DNA from: an uncultured Bacteroidota bacterium
Lineage (GTDB): Bacteria > Bacteroidota > Bacteroidia > Chitinophagales > Saprospiraceae
Direction of reading: 5' to 3'
Assembly (NCBI GenBank): GCA_903854205.1
Contig: CAINVS010000290.1
Location: 1-58,306, forward strand
Length of the DNA: 58,306 nt
The translations under genes and the position numbers were made by a program. Under the pieces are notes generated by a model, which had not been told where the DNA came from, did not search any database, and was given only the letters and a program-made list of their open reading frames with translations. Positions 49,479 through 58,306 of this stretch are shown here, piece by piece (the first letter of the stretch is position 1; every line of letters begins with the position of its first letter).

Positions 49479-49883
49479 TTAGCCTTTCATTTGATTTTTG
49501 AGGTTGTTTTTTTTAGTATGTTTTGCATTTACACGTTTAAATTCTGCTACATAGCCATTTCGCTCCATTTTCAATTGTTTTTTTTTCAAAGCAATTATAT
49601 TCAAAGGCGTATCATCAAATTCGCCAGTACCTTCTACTATAATATTTTTTGCATCACTGCTCAGTTTCCAAGTACCATTGCGTGTATCAATGCCATCGGT
49701 CATTGAAAAAACATCCTTTTTCCCAAAAATTAGAGTAATATTTTCATCTCTTTTAGGTTCTTCATCATTGACTTTCAATATTTTCCAAGTGCCAATGAGT
49801 TTCGTTTGAGTTGCTGTTGTTTTTTGTGTCCAGCCAGTGTCAAAGCAAAAAAGCACCATAAAAAAGGAGAGTAAATATTTCAT
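49479..49883 (-). CDS. Secreted lipocalin-like protein
   Basis: Signal peptide; LIGTWK and GTWKLS motifs. Start moved to ATG 49883. Confidence 0.65.
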   Translation of the reverse strand: MKYLLSFFMVLFCFDTGWTQKTTATQTKLIGTWKILKVNDEEPKRDENITLIFGKKDVFSMTDGIDTRNGTWKLSSDAKNIIVEGTGEFDDTPLNIIALKKKQLKMERNGYVAEFKRVNAKHTKKNNLKNQMKG

Positions 49884-49944
49884 GGGATATAATTTATAGA
49901 TAAATAAATTCATTTTATTCGTAATTGAAATTCAAGTATTTATA

Positions 49945-51633
49945 CTACCAGTCATTCATTCTTCCGGCCATGTTCCAACGGAAACCTAAGGAAAAAATTA
50001 AAGACTTGTTATCCAAGGCATCCAAAGCTGCATCTTCACGGCGATACATGGCACTGAGATCGACAAAAAGATTGTGGCGGATCATATAGGTGGCAATAAA
50101 CTGCCCGATAAGCAGATTCGTTTTCACACCCTGCCCAATTACATTTCCAAACTCACGTTCATAGGTATAATAAGGCTTATGAATATTTGTACCCCAATTG
50201 CTGTCCAAGGTATCCAAACCATAACGTGCATAATTCAGCTGAGCTCTCAATTGAAGCCCCCTGATCGGCTGATAGCGTGCAATAGCAATAAATTCTCTGA
50301 AATTTGAGCCCATCGGATGGGCCAAGGGCTGATTGTAATGCGTGTAATTGGCGGTACTGTCGCGGAACGAATAGGTATAAGGGCGAACAGTATTGAACTC
50401 CAATTGCAGATCCAAACCTTTCAGTCCTGCAACGTCGATATATTTCAAACCGGCCTGAAAGCCCTGTTTGTTGGCCCACCAGCCAGCTTCCGGATCTCCC
50501 TTTCGGGCAAAGACTTTAGAGAATACAAACTCATCCAGCAATATCTGTCCGTAAAATGAAAATCTTTTCAGGAAATCATAGCGCCAGGTCATGCCCATAA
50601 TGACATTGTCAGGGCTGCCCAACATCTGTTCTACTGTGCGGTAGAGAATGAGCGGATTGAAATACTGCAGTTCAAAGCCACCATTTCTCGCAAAAATAAC
50701 TGATTCAAAAAGGCCGACATTCAGGTTTTTTAGAATATTAATACTCAAATGATGAGTAGCCATATACTTTTTCTTAAACACGCTATTGGCTACATTGGCG
50801 TGATCCTGAGTCAGTTCTGCAAAAATATTTTGGTATTGAATTCGCCAGATTTTGGTATTGAATTTCAGGTAGAAATAATTATTCGAAAAGTCAGAAAGCA
50901 GCAGGGAACGATGTCCGTCGCCTATAAAATTTCTGCCGTGTCCCAGTTGTAAGCCGATAAATTTAGTGGCATTGAAGCCAATATAACCTGTCGACATCAG
51001 AAAGTCAACCCCATCATCCGCCTGCGGAGTGAATTGACTGTCATAGGTTTTATAAAATCCTGCACCCGGCACAGCGGATTCAGCTAAAATACGGTTGGTT
51101 ACATAAGTAGGATAGCTGGCCTGAGACTCAATAATATCTGTATAAAAATACACCTTATTGTCAATATTACCACGCAGCTGCAAACCTCTGCGGTTGAGCA
51201 TGAACAGATGATTCTCATTATTAACACGTTCCATACCGCCCAACACATCGAGCATCGGATTGATGTTAAGATAAAAATGCGGAACACGGACTTCAAAAAA
51301 ATGCGCTGGAGTGCGGTACAGATATTTCAAAAAAGCTTTGCGGCTATTAACAGTGCTGTCCTCATCATTATTGTCATTGATTAGAAAACTGCTGTCGCGG
51401 GTCAGGGCATATCCCTTCTCCTGCATATAGTTCAAATATTTTCTGACCTCTCTTCGTGTATAGGGTTGAATAGTAGTGGCAAGTCCCCCAAAATCGCTAT
51501 TGCGAATTATAAGGCGATCCAATGCGTAATGATTCACATCTCCCAAAGGGAGGCTGTTACTTGTTTGTGCTCCCAATTCTGTCGCAAAAAGAACAGCTGC
51601 TGTAAGCGCTAAATATTTAGTAAATTTTATCAT
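49945..51633 (-). CDS. Wzi/RemB-like outer-membrane barrel protein
   Basis: QLGHGRNFIGDGHRSLLLSD, GLFESVIF, RPYTY..YTHYNQPLAHPMGSNFRE. Confidence 0.72.
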   Translation of the reverse strand: MIKFTKYLALTAAVLFATELGAQTSNSLPLGDVNHYALDRLIIRNSDFGGLATTIQPYTRREVRKYLNYMQEKGYALTRDSSFLINDNNDEDSTVNSRKAFLKYLYRTPAHFFEVRVPHFYLNINPMLDVLGGMERVNNENHLFMLNRRGLQLRGNIDNKVYFYTDIIESQASYPTYVTNRILAESAVPGAGFYKTYDSQFTPQADDGVDFLMSTGYIGFNATKFIGLQLGHGRNFIGDGHRSLLLSDFSNNYFYLKFNTKIWRIQYQNIFAELTQDHANVANSVFKKKYMATHHLSINILKNLNVGLFESVIFARNGGFELQYFNPLILYRTVEQMLGSPDNVIMGMTWRYDFLKRFSFYGQILLDEFVFSKVFARKGDPEAGWWANKQGFQAGLKYIDVAGLKGLDLQLEFNTVRPYTYSFRDSTANYTHYNQPLAHPMGSNFREFIAIARYQPIRGLQLRAQLNYARYGLDTLDSNWGTNIHKPYYTYEREFGNVIGQGVKTNLLIGQFIATYMIRHNLFVDLSAMYRREDAALDALDNKSLIFSLGFRWNMAGRMNDW

Positions 51634-51766
51634 GCAGTCTCGGGCAGTTTATCAATTTATTTTCCAAATCCGTATTTGGGTATAAAAAAATCAGGTAGCA
51701 TTCCCAAAAATAATAAAGCTGTCGGATATATTGAAAAAAATAATCCCAAATAGCTTAAAATTAAAA

Positions 51767-51795
51767 ACGTCGGTGGCTAAAATGCCAACCGACGT
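51767..51795 (-). terminator. Terminator after the 557-aa gene
   Basis: ACGTCGGT(G)GC...GCCAACCGACGT stem with an adjacent T-run on the minus strand. Confidence 0.65.
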
Positions 51796-51822
51796 CTAAA
51801 ATATTCCTATCCAAATCAAAGA

Positions 51823-53496
51823 TTAATTATTCTTTTTCTCTTCCTTTGGTTTAACAGCAGTTTTTATGTTATAATTTTCAAATTCAAGCATCTCAACCTC
51901 TTCTCCCTGAATCTCTTCAAAATTAATTGAAATGGAGTCACCTACTGAAGTAAGCGGCAATTTACGGGAGATATTGGAATTACCTATAAAGATTTTATCT
52001 TCTTGATTGTCAATGATCATGTAGTAATAGGAGTTTCCGCCTGATACATCTTCCGAAATTCGAAGTACCTTACCCGCAGCCTTATGAGCATGTTTGGCAT
52101 CATGAACAATCGGATTTTTATTTCCTGAATTATTGTAAGCATCTTTGTAAGATCTGAGTGCATCTTTTAGATTATCGCCAACTCCAACAATGGAATAATC
52201 CTGAACAGAGACCATTGCAACCATTTTGATAAGTCCTGCCTGATCTTTAAGTGACATCACATAAGTTGCAATCCCGTTTATATTGTACATTATAGGGAAA
52301 GAGCTCTGATAGCCTTTTTCCTGAACCTTACCCATGGCCGACTGCATTGCTGCATTTTCGGTAGCACCCGGCTGACGATAAAGTGTAGCTTCTTTTGTTC
52401 TGGTATCCACCAACATAAAACCAATGGTACTTTCGTCACTTCCTACTGAAGTGATACCGGTGTACCAATACGAGCGGTTATCATTACCATAAACCAAAGA
52501 AATTCCTTCAGTTGCCTGCAATTTGTCGCGATTGGAGAAATTCCAATAGCCGTGTACGTATTCACCCCAACTATTGATTTGGTTCTCAATAAAATTTTTG
52601 GGTTGAATACGGTCTACCCATTCAGGAGCGGTTTTGGCAGTATATTTCTTAACTTCCCCGCTACTTGCGTCAACAACCGCAATCCCAACGGCATTATTTC
52701 CACTGAATCCTACCTCGTGTTTGAACAGGGTCACGACCCAATAAGGATGGCCTTCATCGTCAATTTCAAATGTATAATCGTCCATACCTTCGGTGATGAA
52801 GCCTTTTAAATAAAGGTGTCTTGGCAGATAATCTCCAAACCAACCACCCATCTGGTATTTGATCTGAACCGGCTTTCCTTTGACTTCTCTTACCAATTTT
52901 ACATCGCGTTCATTAGTGGAAGATACCATTATATATCCATGAGTACCTTTTTTATTGCTCATCCATTTGAAAAAACCTGAGTGTTCGAGCGGTGCAACCC
53001 AATAGAGTTGGTCCCTTACTTTTTGGATCTGAAATTCTCCAATATAAACTTGACTTCCCAGTGCAGGCTCTTCGCCTAAAACTTTATCACCCAATCTATG
53101 GGCTACATCTTTGTCAACAATTCTGATTTTATCAGGGGCAACAGGCGCTACATCTTGCGCAAAACTTTTGCCTTCTTTGACTTCCCCCAACAATTTATGG
53201 TACTTATCAGCACGGAACATTGGTAAACCCGCCAGGCTCATAATAACAATATAAAGCAATGCAATAACTGCAGTACCCAAGGCTGTAAAAAATAAACCTG
53301 ATTTTTGTCCTTTCAGCACCTGTATTTCAAGCGCAGTTATCATGAGGGAAATAAAAAAGATTTCTAAAGGCAATCCCATGAACCAGGGGCTGATTACCGG
53401 AAGATTAAAATAGACATACGCCGGAGCTACGACTACTATTAAAAAAATATAAACAAATAGTTTTGTTTTTCTTAGAATTGTAAGTGCATCACTCAT
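51823..53496 (-). CDS. Hypothetical membrane-anchored protein (three N-terminal TM helices, large exported domain)
   Basis: 557-aa ORF with gene-like composition; WVAPLEH.GFFKW, PEWVDRIQP, YWYTGITSVGSD segments. Confidence 0.75.
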   Translation of the reverse strand: MSDALTILRKTKLFVYIFLIVVVAPAYVYFNLPVISPWFMGLPLEIFFISLMITALEIQVLKGQKSGLFFTALGTAVIALLYIVIMSLAGLPMFRADKYHKLLGEVKEGKSFAQDVAPVAPDKIRIVDKDVAHRLGDKVLGEEPALGSQVYIGEFQIQKVRDQLYWVAPLEHSGFFKWMSNKKGTHGYIMVSSTNERDVKLVREVKGKPVQIKYQMGGWFGDYLPRHLYLKGFITEGMDDYTFEIDDEGHPYWVVTLFKHEVGFSGNNAVGIAVVDASSGEVKKYTAKTAPEWVDRIQPKNFIENQINSWGEYVHGYWNFSNRDKLQATEGISLVYGNDNRSYWYTGITSVGSDESTIGFMLVDTRTKEATLYRQPGATENAAMQSAMGKVQEKGYQSSFPIMYNINGIATYVMSLKDQAGLIKMVAMVSVQDYSIVGVGDNLKDALRSYKDAYNNSGNKNPIVHDAKHAHKAAGKVLRISEDVSGGNSYYYMIIDNQEDKIFIGNSNISRKLPLTSVGDSISINFEEIQGEEVEMLEFENYNIKTAVKPKEEKKNN

Positions 53497-53570
53497 AGTA
53501 TTTTATTGTAATTTTAACAGACACCATAGGTATCAAATATTTGAAAATCAAGGTTAAATTATTTAAATTA

Positions 53571-54971
53571 TCAAAAGTCGCCTGCTGCTGAGCCGCCTGT
53601 GAAATCGTCATCATCATCATCTTTTTCTTCGTCATCATCAAAGTCAATGTCAATTTCCTCAAATTCAAAATCTTCATCATCATCTTCCTCTGCTTCGGTT
53701 TCTTTTGAATCCGGTTCATTCACGTAATTTGCGATTCTTGCCATGAGCTTTTCTGCCTCAGCTAGTTGCGGGTTTATTTCCAATGCCATTTTCAGCTGCT
53801 GAAACGCAGCTTCATAGTCATGCAGATATTCTACCAAAAAAGCAGCATACTCTGCTTTTATCTCAGCATCTGCAGGTACTTTTTGCAAATAATTTTCATA
53901 ACATTGGACAACAGCGTCCAAATCCTGAAAAGTACGAAGTAAAATAGGTATAAACTGTTGAATGATGGCCTTTTGTCCCGGATTAATTTTCAGTGACTTT
54001 TCATAAAAAACCCTTGCTTTGTAATAATCCTGAAGCTGCTGAGCATGAATATCTCCCAGACTTTTCAGTAAAAGGGCCGAGTCATTATGTATCCGATGAT
54101 CAATTCCTTTTTGGAAACTCGCAATAGCTTTTTCATAATCATTTTCCACTTTCCACTGCAGCAGCCCCTGCAGATTGAGTGCTTCTTCGTGGTATTCATT
54201 AATTCCCATTGCTATTTCTAGATACTGGCGGCAACGAGCATAGTCATTTAGATGATAACAGGCTTCAGCTATTCGAATATAGGGTTCAACAGAATAGGGA
54301 TCTTCTTCTATGACTTTATTGAAATGATCTATTGCTTCCTGCTGTCTGTCAAAAACAGTGCTTTTCAGAATACCTGCCTGCATTTGAGCATAGTTGTTTG
54401 CAGGGTTCAAGGAAATTGACTTTTCGTAATATTCCAAAGCTTTATCGGCCTCTCCTTTCTTTTCCGCCATGCGCCCTATTGCATAAAGGGCTTCATCATT
54501 CTCGGGATTGTACTTTATGATCGTTTCAAAACAAAGTGCGGCCTCTGTTTCCAATTGAAACAGCATATAGAGTTTGCGCCCGGCATCGAGTAGAACATCT
54601 GTATAAATAGGGTATTTGGATAGGAAATATTCGTAATTATTTAATTGCTTGGCAAAAACAGCAAAGTTTTTTTTCTGTATCTCAGCAGCATTTTCATCCA
54701 TCCAAGGAAGGATTTCAGAAAGGCTTCTAAAAATGGCAAAGCTTCCTTCTACGTTTTTGAGTTCCTTGGGTTTTTCCAAAGTTTTCAAAATCTTTCCTGC
54801 TTCAGCCCTCAAATCTTCATCGGGATTGAGCTGCCAAAACATTTCCAAAGCCCTCAAGCAGCTTTGATCCGGTTTCATAGCAGGCAGTACTGATAATGCC
54901 CTTTTTACAGCCTCTTCATCATTTGACAACAGCTCGTCAAGCAAAAGTTTATTTTCCGGAGATAAGTTCAT
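53571..54971 (-). CDS. Tetratricopeptide repeat protein with acidic C-terminal tail
   Basis: Multiple A..YYEK.I.LNP TPR units; D/E-rich tail. Confidence 0.85.
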   Translation of the reverse strand: MNLSPENKLLLDELLSNDEEAVKRALSVLPAMKPDQSCLRALEMFWQLNPDEDLRAEAGKILKTLEKPKELKNVEGSFAIFRSLSEILPWMDENAAEIQKKNFAVFAKQLNNYEYFLSKYPIYTDVLLDAGRKLYMLFQLETEAALCFETIIKYNPENDEALYAIGRMAEKKGEADKALEYYEKSISLNPANNYAQMQAGILKSTVFDRQQEAIDHFNKVIEEDPYSVEPYIRIAEACYHLNDYARCRQYLEIAMGINEYHEEALNLQGLLQWKVENDYEKAIASFQKGIDHRIHNDSALLLKSLGDIHAQQLQDYYKARVFYEKSLKINPGQKAIIQQFIPILLRTFQDLDAVVQCYENYLQKVPADAEIKAEYAAFLVEYLHDYEAAFQQLKMALEINPQLAEAEKLMARIANYVNEPDSKETEAEEDDDEDFEFEEIDIDFDDDEEKDDDDDDFTGGSAAGDF

Positions 54972-55315
54972 GTAATAATAGTCCTAAAGACAGATTCTAA
55001 TAATTATAAAATTTATAATTCACAAATTTATTCAATTGTGTACAGAAAAGCAAATAAATAGACTGTTCAGACTAAATATGTTTGACAATTGTTTTGATCT
55101 TTACCTAACATTAAACTTTGTTAAAACAAAAATTGATAAAAAAGCAATTAAATTTATATCGAAAGAGCTAAAAAAGATAATAATCTCATGGATACCCTTC
55201 AGAACTGTTGCGCTGCGGAACTCTTAATTGGGAAAAATATGGTTTCAGCGATATCAATGATAAATTGAACTTTTTCTATCTCAAATTAATAAATACTAAA
55301 AATACTAAGCAAAAA

Positions 55316-55867
55316 ATGAGTTTTAACTTTTTTTCAGAAAATTCGAATCAATTCAGAATATTCTGTGATATGGATGGGGTCTTAACAGATTTTGACTATC
55401 AGTTTCGTAGTATTTCCGGCGGAATTGCATTTGATGACTGGGCTGAAAAAAATGGCAAAAATTCAGCTTGGGAAATTATTAAATCAGCAGCTGAGGAATT
55501 CTGGTCTGAAATGCCTTGGACAGAAGATGGCAAAACACTTTGGATCTGGTTGCAATCTCACTCACCTACTATTTTGTCAGCGCCAAGTATTGAGCTGACT
55601 TCGAAAACCGGAAAGACAAAATGGGTAAACACTCATTTGGGAATCAATCAAAATCCAACAACCAACAGCGATGGGTGGGATATAAATACCCGTTTGATTT
55701 TCGATAAAGACAAGCATCTTTATGTGCTTCCCAAAACTGTTTCCATACTGATAGATGATACGCCTAAGAAAACTGATGCCTGGCGGACAGCGGGCGGCAT
55801 TGGATTATTGCACAGCAATGCGACTGAGACGATCAATACCCTGACCGAGATCCTGAACAGTTTATAA
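55316..55867 (+). CDS. HAD-superfamily 5'(3')-deoxyribonucleotidase (NT5C-like)
   Basis: IFCDMDGVLTDF, ILSAP, GK..W, ILIDD..K..W..AGGIG..H. Start moved to ATG 55316. Confidence 0.82.
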   Translation: MSFNFFSENSNQFRIFCDMDGVLTDFDYQFRSISGGIAFDDWAEKNGKNSAWEIIKSAAEEFWSEMPWTEDGKTLWIWLQSHSPTILSAPSIELTSKTGKTKWVNTHLGINQNPTTNSDGWDINTRLIFDKDKHLYVLPKTVSILIDDTPKKTDAWRTAGGIGLLHSNATETINTLTEILNSL

Positions 55868-55887
55868 CAATTGTTATTTTAGCATTT

Positions 55888-58107
55888 TTACATCAGTAAA
55901 AGGCCCCATTCTCTTAGTCTCCACCATAGGTCTGAATTTAGAAAAGCATCAAAATTATTCTGTCCTGCCTTTTCAAAACTGTTTTTAAATTCAGAGAAAT
56001 TAATCAATTTACCAGTTTCGGATGAAATTGCGCAAAGTTCCTGATGCAGCCAGGTTCCCAAATCAGCCGGCATTTCAATACCCGCATCTCCTTTTTTGTT
56101 GTACCAGCTGAGTGCTGAAAATTCCTGTTTCCGTCCTTTTGTATCTTTTTCTTCAAAATACTGAATTTCGGGTGCTCTGCCCAACCAATACAATCTGCTG
56201 CCCGATTTTGGCTGCAGTTCTTCTGCTGAAGCAATGGCCTTTTCAATAAAATCAGGTTTAACGGTTGTTTTGGGTATTTTGAAATCGAACCAGTCTGAAA
56301 GCGACAGTTCGAATCCTGCACCCTGCATATAGTTGAAAAGCGAAATGCGCAGCCCTTCTGCAAACTCTTCATGCTCCGTACCCTTCGGATCTTCATGGTA
56401 ATAATCATTTTCAGCAAAACCGCCAAATTCCGGTCCGACATGCTCCACACCATAGGCCTCGGGCTGCAGGCCAACGGGCGAATGCGCAGTCATTGCAAAC
56501 TGATGCCAGAAGCCTGATTGTACAACACCTGCTTCGAGCAGCTGACGCACCATTTCCAAAGAATCGATAGTTTCCTGCGCCGTCTGTGTGGGAAAACCAT
56601 ACATAAGATAGGCATGAACCATGATACCTGCCTGTGTGAACGCGTCAGTGACCTGCGCGACCTGTGCAACGGTAACGCCTTTCTTCATAAGGGTCAAAAG
56701 TCGGTCTGAAGCCACTTCCAAGCCACCGGATACTGCTATGCAGCCCGAGGCCTTGAGCAGTCGGCAGAGATCTGGTGTAAAACTTTTTTCAAAACGGATA
56801 TTGGTCCACCAGGTGACGGTGATTTTCCTTTTGATGATCTCAATAGCCAAATCGCGCATGAGCGCAGGCGGTGCAGCTTCATCTACAAAGTGGAACCCGG
56901 TCTGACCGGTCTGTGCAATGATTGTCTCGATGCGGTCGCAGAGCAGTTCGGCCGTGACAGGCTCGTAACGCTGTATATAATCCAGACTTACATCGCAAAA
57001 GGAACATTTTCCCCAATAACAGCCATGTGCAAGGGTAAGTTTGTTCCATCGTCCATCGCTCCATAAGCGGTGCATGGGATTGATGAGGTCGATAACAGAA
57101 AGATATTCAAAGAGAGGCAGTCCGCTGTAATCGGGAGTGCCCACTTCTCGCTGTGGAATGTCTTTTTCTTCGGCACCGTTACAGTAAGTTACTACTCCAC
57201 CAGTGAGGGTAAACATGCGTTTGAGCGAGGACATCGGTCTTTTGCCGTCCAAGTGTTCCAGCAGACATTGTAAAGGCAGTTCTCCATCGTCCAAACTCAC
57301 AAAATCGAGGTATTCAAAAACCCGTTCATCGCTGAGGCGGCGCAACTCCGTATTGGCAAAACCGCCACCGAGTACAATTTTGATATTTGGATGCTGTTTT
57401 TTGATGTATTGTCCGCATTTGAGTGCAGCAAAAAGATTACCCGGAAAGGGTACCGAAAGACAAAGCAGACTGGGTTTGGAATTTTGAATCTGTTTTTCCA
57501 ATAATTCCAAGAGCATCTCAGAAATCAATGTATTCGGTGCTTTGAGCTCCTTTTCCATCTCATCAAAATGCGTGGCAGTGCGGCCAAGGCGTTCGGCATA
57601 GCGGCTGAATCCGAAATGCGGATCTACAGCTTCTTTGATCAGATCACCCAAATCTTCGAGATATCTTGTGGCAAGGTGACGTGCCTTATCCTGTATACCC
57701 ATGCTGCCAAAAGCCCATTCCAAATCTTCCATTTCGGCAAATCGGCCTGCTTCGGGCAGGTAACTGCCGCTGCAGATGCTATGTGCCAGTGTCGGATTTT
57801 TATTTTGCAAAAATGTGATGACAGGACCGATAGTCGTCAGATAATCTTCGCGAAGATTGTAGATACGGTAGGCATTTTCAGACAGTTCAACATCTGATTT
57901 TTCCAAAAAATCGAAAAGCCGCTGAAGCCCTTTTCCCGAAAAGAGTGACAAAATGACTTCAATCCCTAAATCGGCCTGTGTAGAGGAGATATTGAGTGTA
58001 TTCAGAAATCCTTTGATGTAGGCTGTTGCCGGATAGGGCGTATTCAGCTGCGTAAAAGGTGGAGTTATTAGTAATAGGCTATGCTGCACGTTTTTAATTT
58101 TGTACAA
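55888..58107 (-). CDS. B12-binding-domain radical SAM protein
   Basis: PPFTQLNTPYPATAY, VLGGGF, CYWGKCSFC (CxxxCxxC), HFVDEAAPP. Confidence 0.92.
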   Translation of the reverse strand: MYKIKNVQHSLLLITPPFTQLNTPYPATAYIKGFLNTLNISSTQADLGIEVILSLFSGKGLQRLFDFLEKSDVELSENAYRIYNLREDYLTTIGPVITFLQNKNPTLAHSICSGSYLPEAGRFAEMEDLEWAFGSMGIQDKARHLATRYLEDLGDLIKEAVDPHFGFSRYAERLGRTATHFDEMEKELKAPNTLISEMLLELLEKQIQNSKPSLLCLSVPFPGNLFAALKCGQYIKKQHPNIKIVLGGGFANTELRRLSDERVFEYLDFVSLDDGELPLQCLLEHLDGKRPMSSLKRMFTLTGGVVTYCNGAEEKDIPQREVGTPDYSGLPLFEYLSVIDLINPMHRLWSDGRWNKLTLAHGCYWGKCSFCDVSLDYIQRYEPVTAELLCDRIETIIAQTGQTGFHFVDEAAPPALMRDLAIEIIKRKITVTWWTNIRFEKSFTPDLCRLLKASGCIAVSGGLEVASDRLLTLMKKGVTVAQVAQVTDAFTQAGIMVHAYLMYGFPTQTAQETIDSLEMVRQLLEAGVVQSGFWHQFAMTAHSPVGLQPEAYGVEHVGPEFGGFAENDYYHEDPKGTEHEEFAEGLRISLFNYMQGAGFELSLSDWFDFKIPKTTVKPDFIEKAIASAEELQPKSGSRLYWLGRAPEIQYFEEKDTKGRKQEFSALSWYNKKGDAGIEMPADLGTWLHQELCAISSETGKLINFSEFKNSFEKAGQNNFDAFLNSDLWWRLREWGLLLM

Positions 58108-58238
58108 AATTACCTAATTTCATAGAAAGTGGAAAATATTATTGTCATTATGATTAAGCCGCAGACTTTCATTTCTTTTTTTAGTCTTACAAATTAGATT
58201 CAGAAAATTAAACCCATATCGTCTTTATAAATTCTATG

Positions 58239-58301
58239 CGCTACGTGGAGCCTCCGGGTTCGCTACGTGGAGCTTTGGTTCTTCACGAACTCTAATGACG
58301 G
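58239..58301 (+). repeat. Repeat family A, copy 4, preceded by a duplicated 13-mer CGCTACGTGGAGC
   Basis: TTCTTCACGAACTCTAATGACGG at 58279-58301; 13-mer at 58239-58251 and 58261-58273. Confidence 0.8.
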
Positions 58302-58306
58302 GTTAA

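Noticed and set aside
53489-53719. 76-aa Met/Lys-rich ORF
   Set aside because: Alternative-frame reading of the GAT/GAA-rich acidic tail of the TPR gene.
55888-58107. Radical SAM enzyme as maturase of the Cys-containing mini-peptides (RiPP cluster)
   Set aside because: It lies 30 kb away with no neighbouring precursor or transporter, and the peptides carry lipoprotein signals rather than RiPP leaders.
58239-58273. Duplicated 13-mer CGCTACGTGGAGC as the start of a CRISPR array
   Set aside because: Only two copies, a 9-nt spacer and no cas genes.
1-58306. Whole window as an integrated element or circular replicon bounded by terminal direct repeats
   Set aside because: The content is core chromosomal (polA, lpxA, greA, rsmA); there is no integrase or rep gene; the terminal repeats differ in their flanks and have internal copies.

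Overview
A 58.3 kb chromosomal segment from a Bacteroidota bacterium; gene content suggests a gliding Saprospirales/Chitinophagales-like organism (inference). It is rich in type IX secretion and gliding genes: gldJ, a PorP/SprF-family barrel, porU, porV, porQ, a DUF6089 (PorG-like) barrel, and a three-gene operon encoding a TonB-dependent-type barrel, a 1365-aa T9SS cargo and a PorV/PorQ-family barrel. Housekeeping genes include polA, lpxC-fabZ, lpxA, galE, greA, rsmA, rlmF, pepA and fahA. There is a short accessory array of small genes with a frameshifted barstar-family gene. No rRNA, tRNA, CRISPR array, integrase or transposase was seen. Elements missed by the ORF track: (i) two tandem 38-39 aa lipoprotein genes whose mature parts are essentially an RR-xx-GCP-x-W/F motif that matches the C-terminal tail of the DUF6089 barrel; (ii) a sigma-54-type promoter driving a ~70 nt terminator-bounded candidate sRNA; (iii) tandem terminator-like hairpins in the greA leader; (iv) two dispersed intergenic repeat families, one present at both window ends; (v) a 72-bp tandem duplication at the start of the porP-like gene. 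One of three PrsW paralogues appears catalytically dead. All protein calls come from motif recognition, not database searches. Several starts were moved downstream of the ORF-track start.
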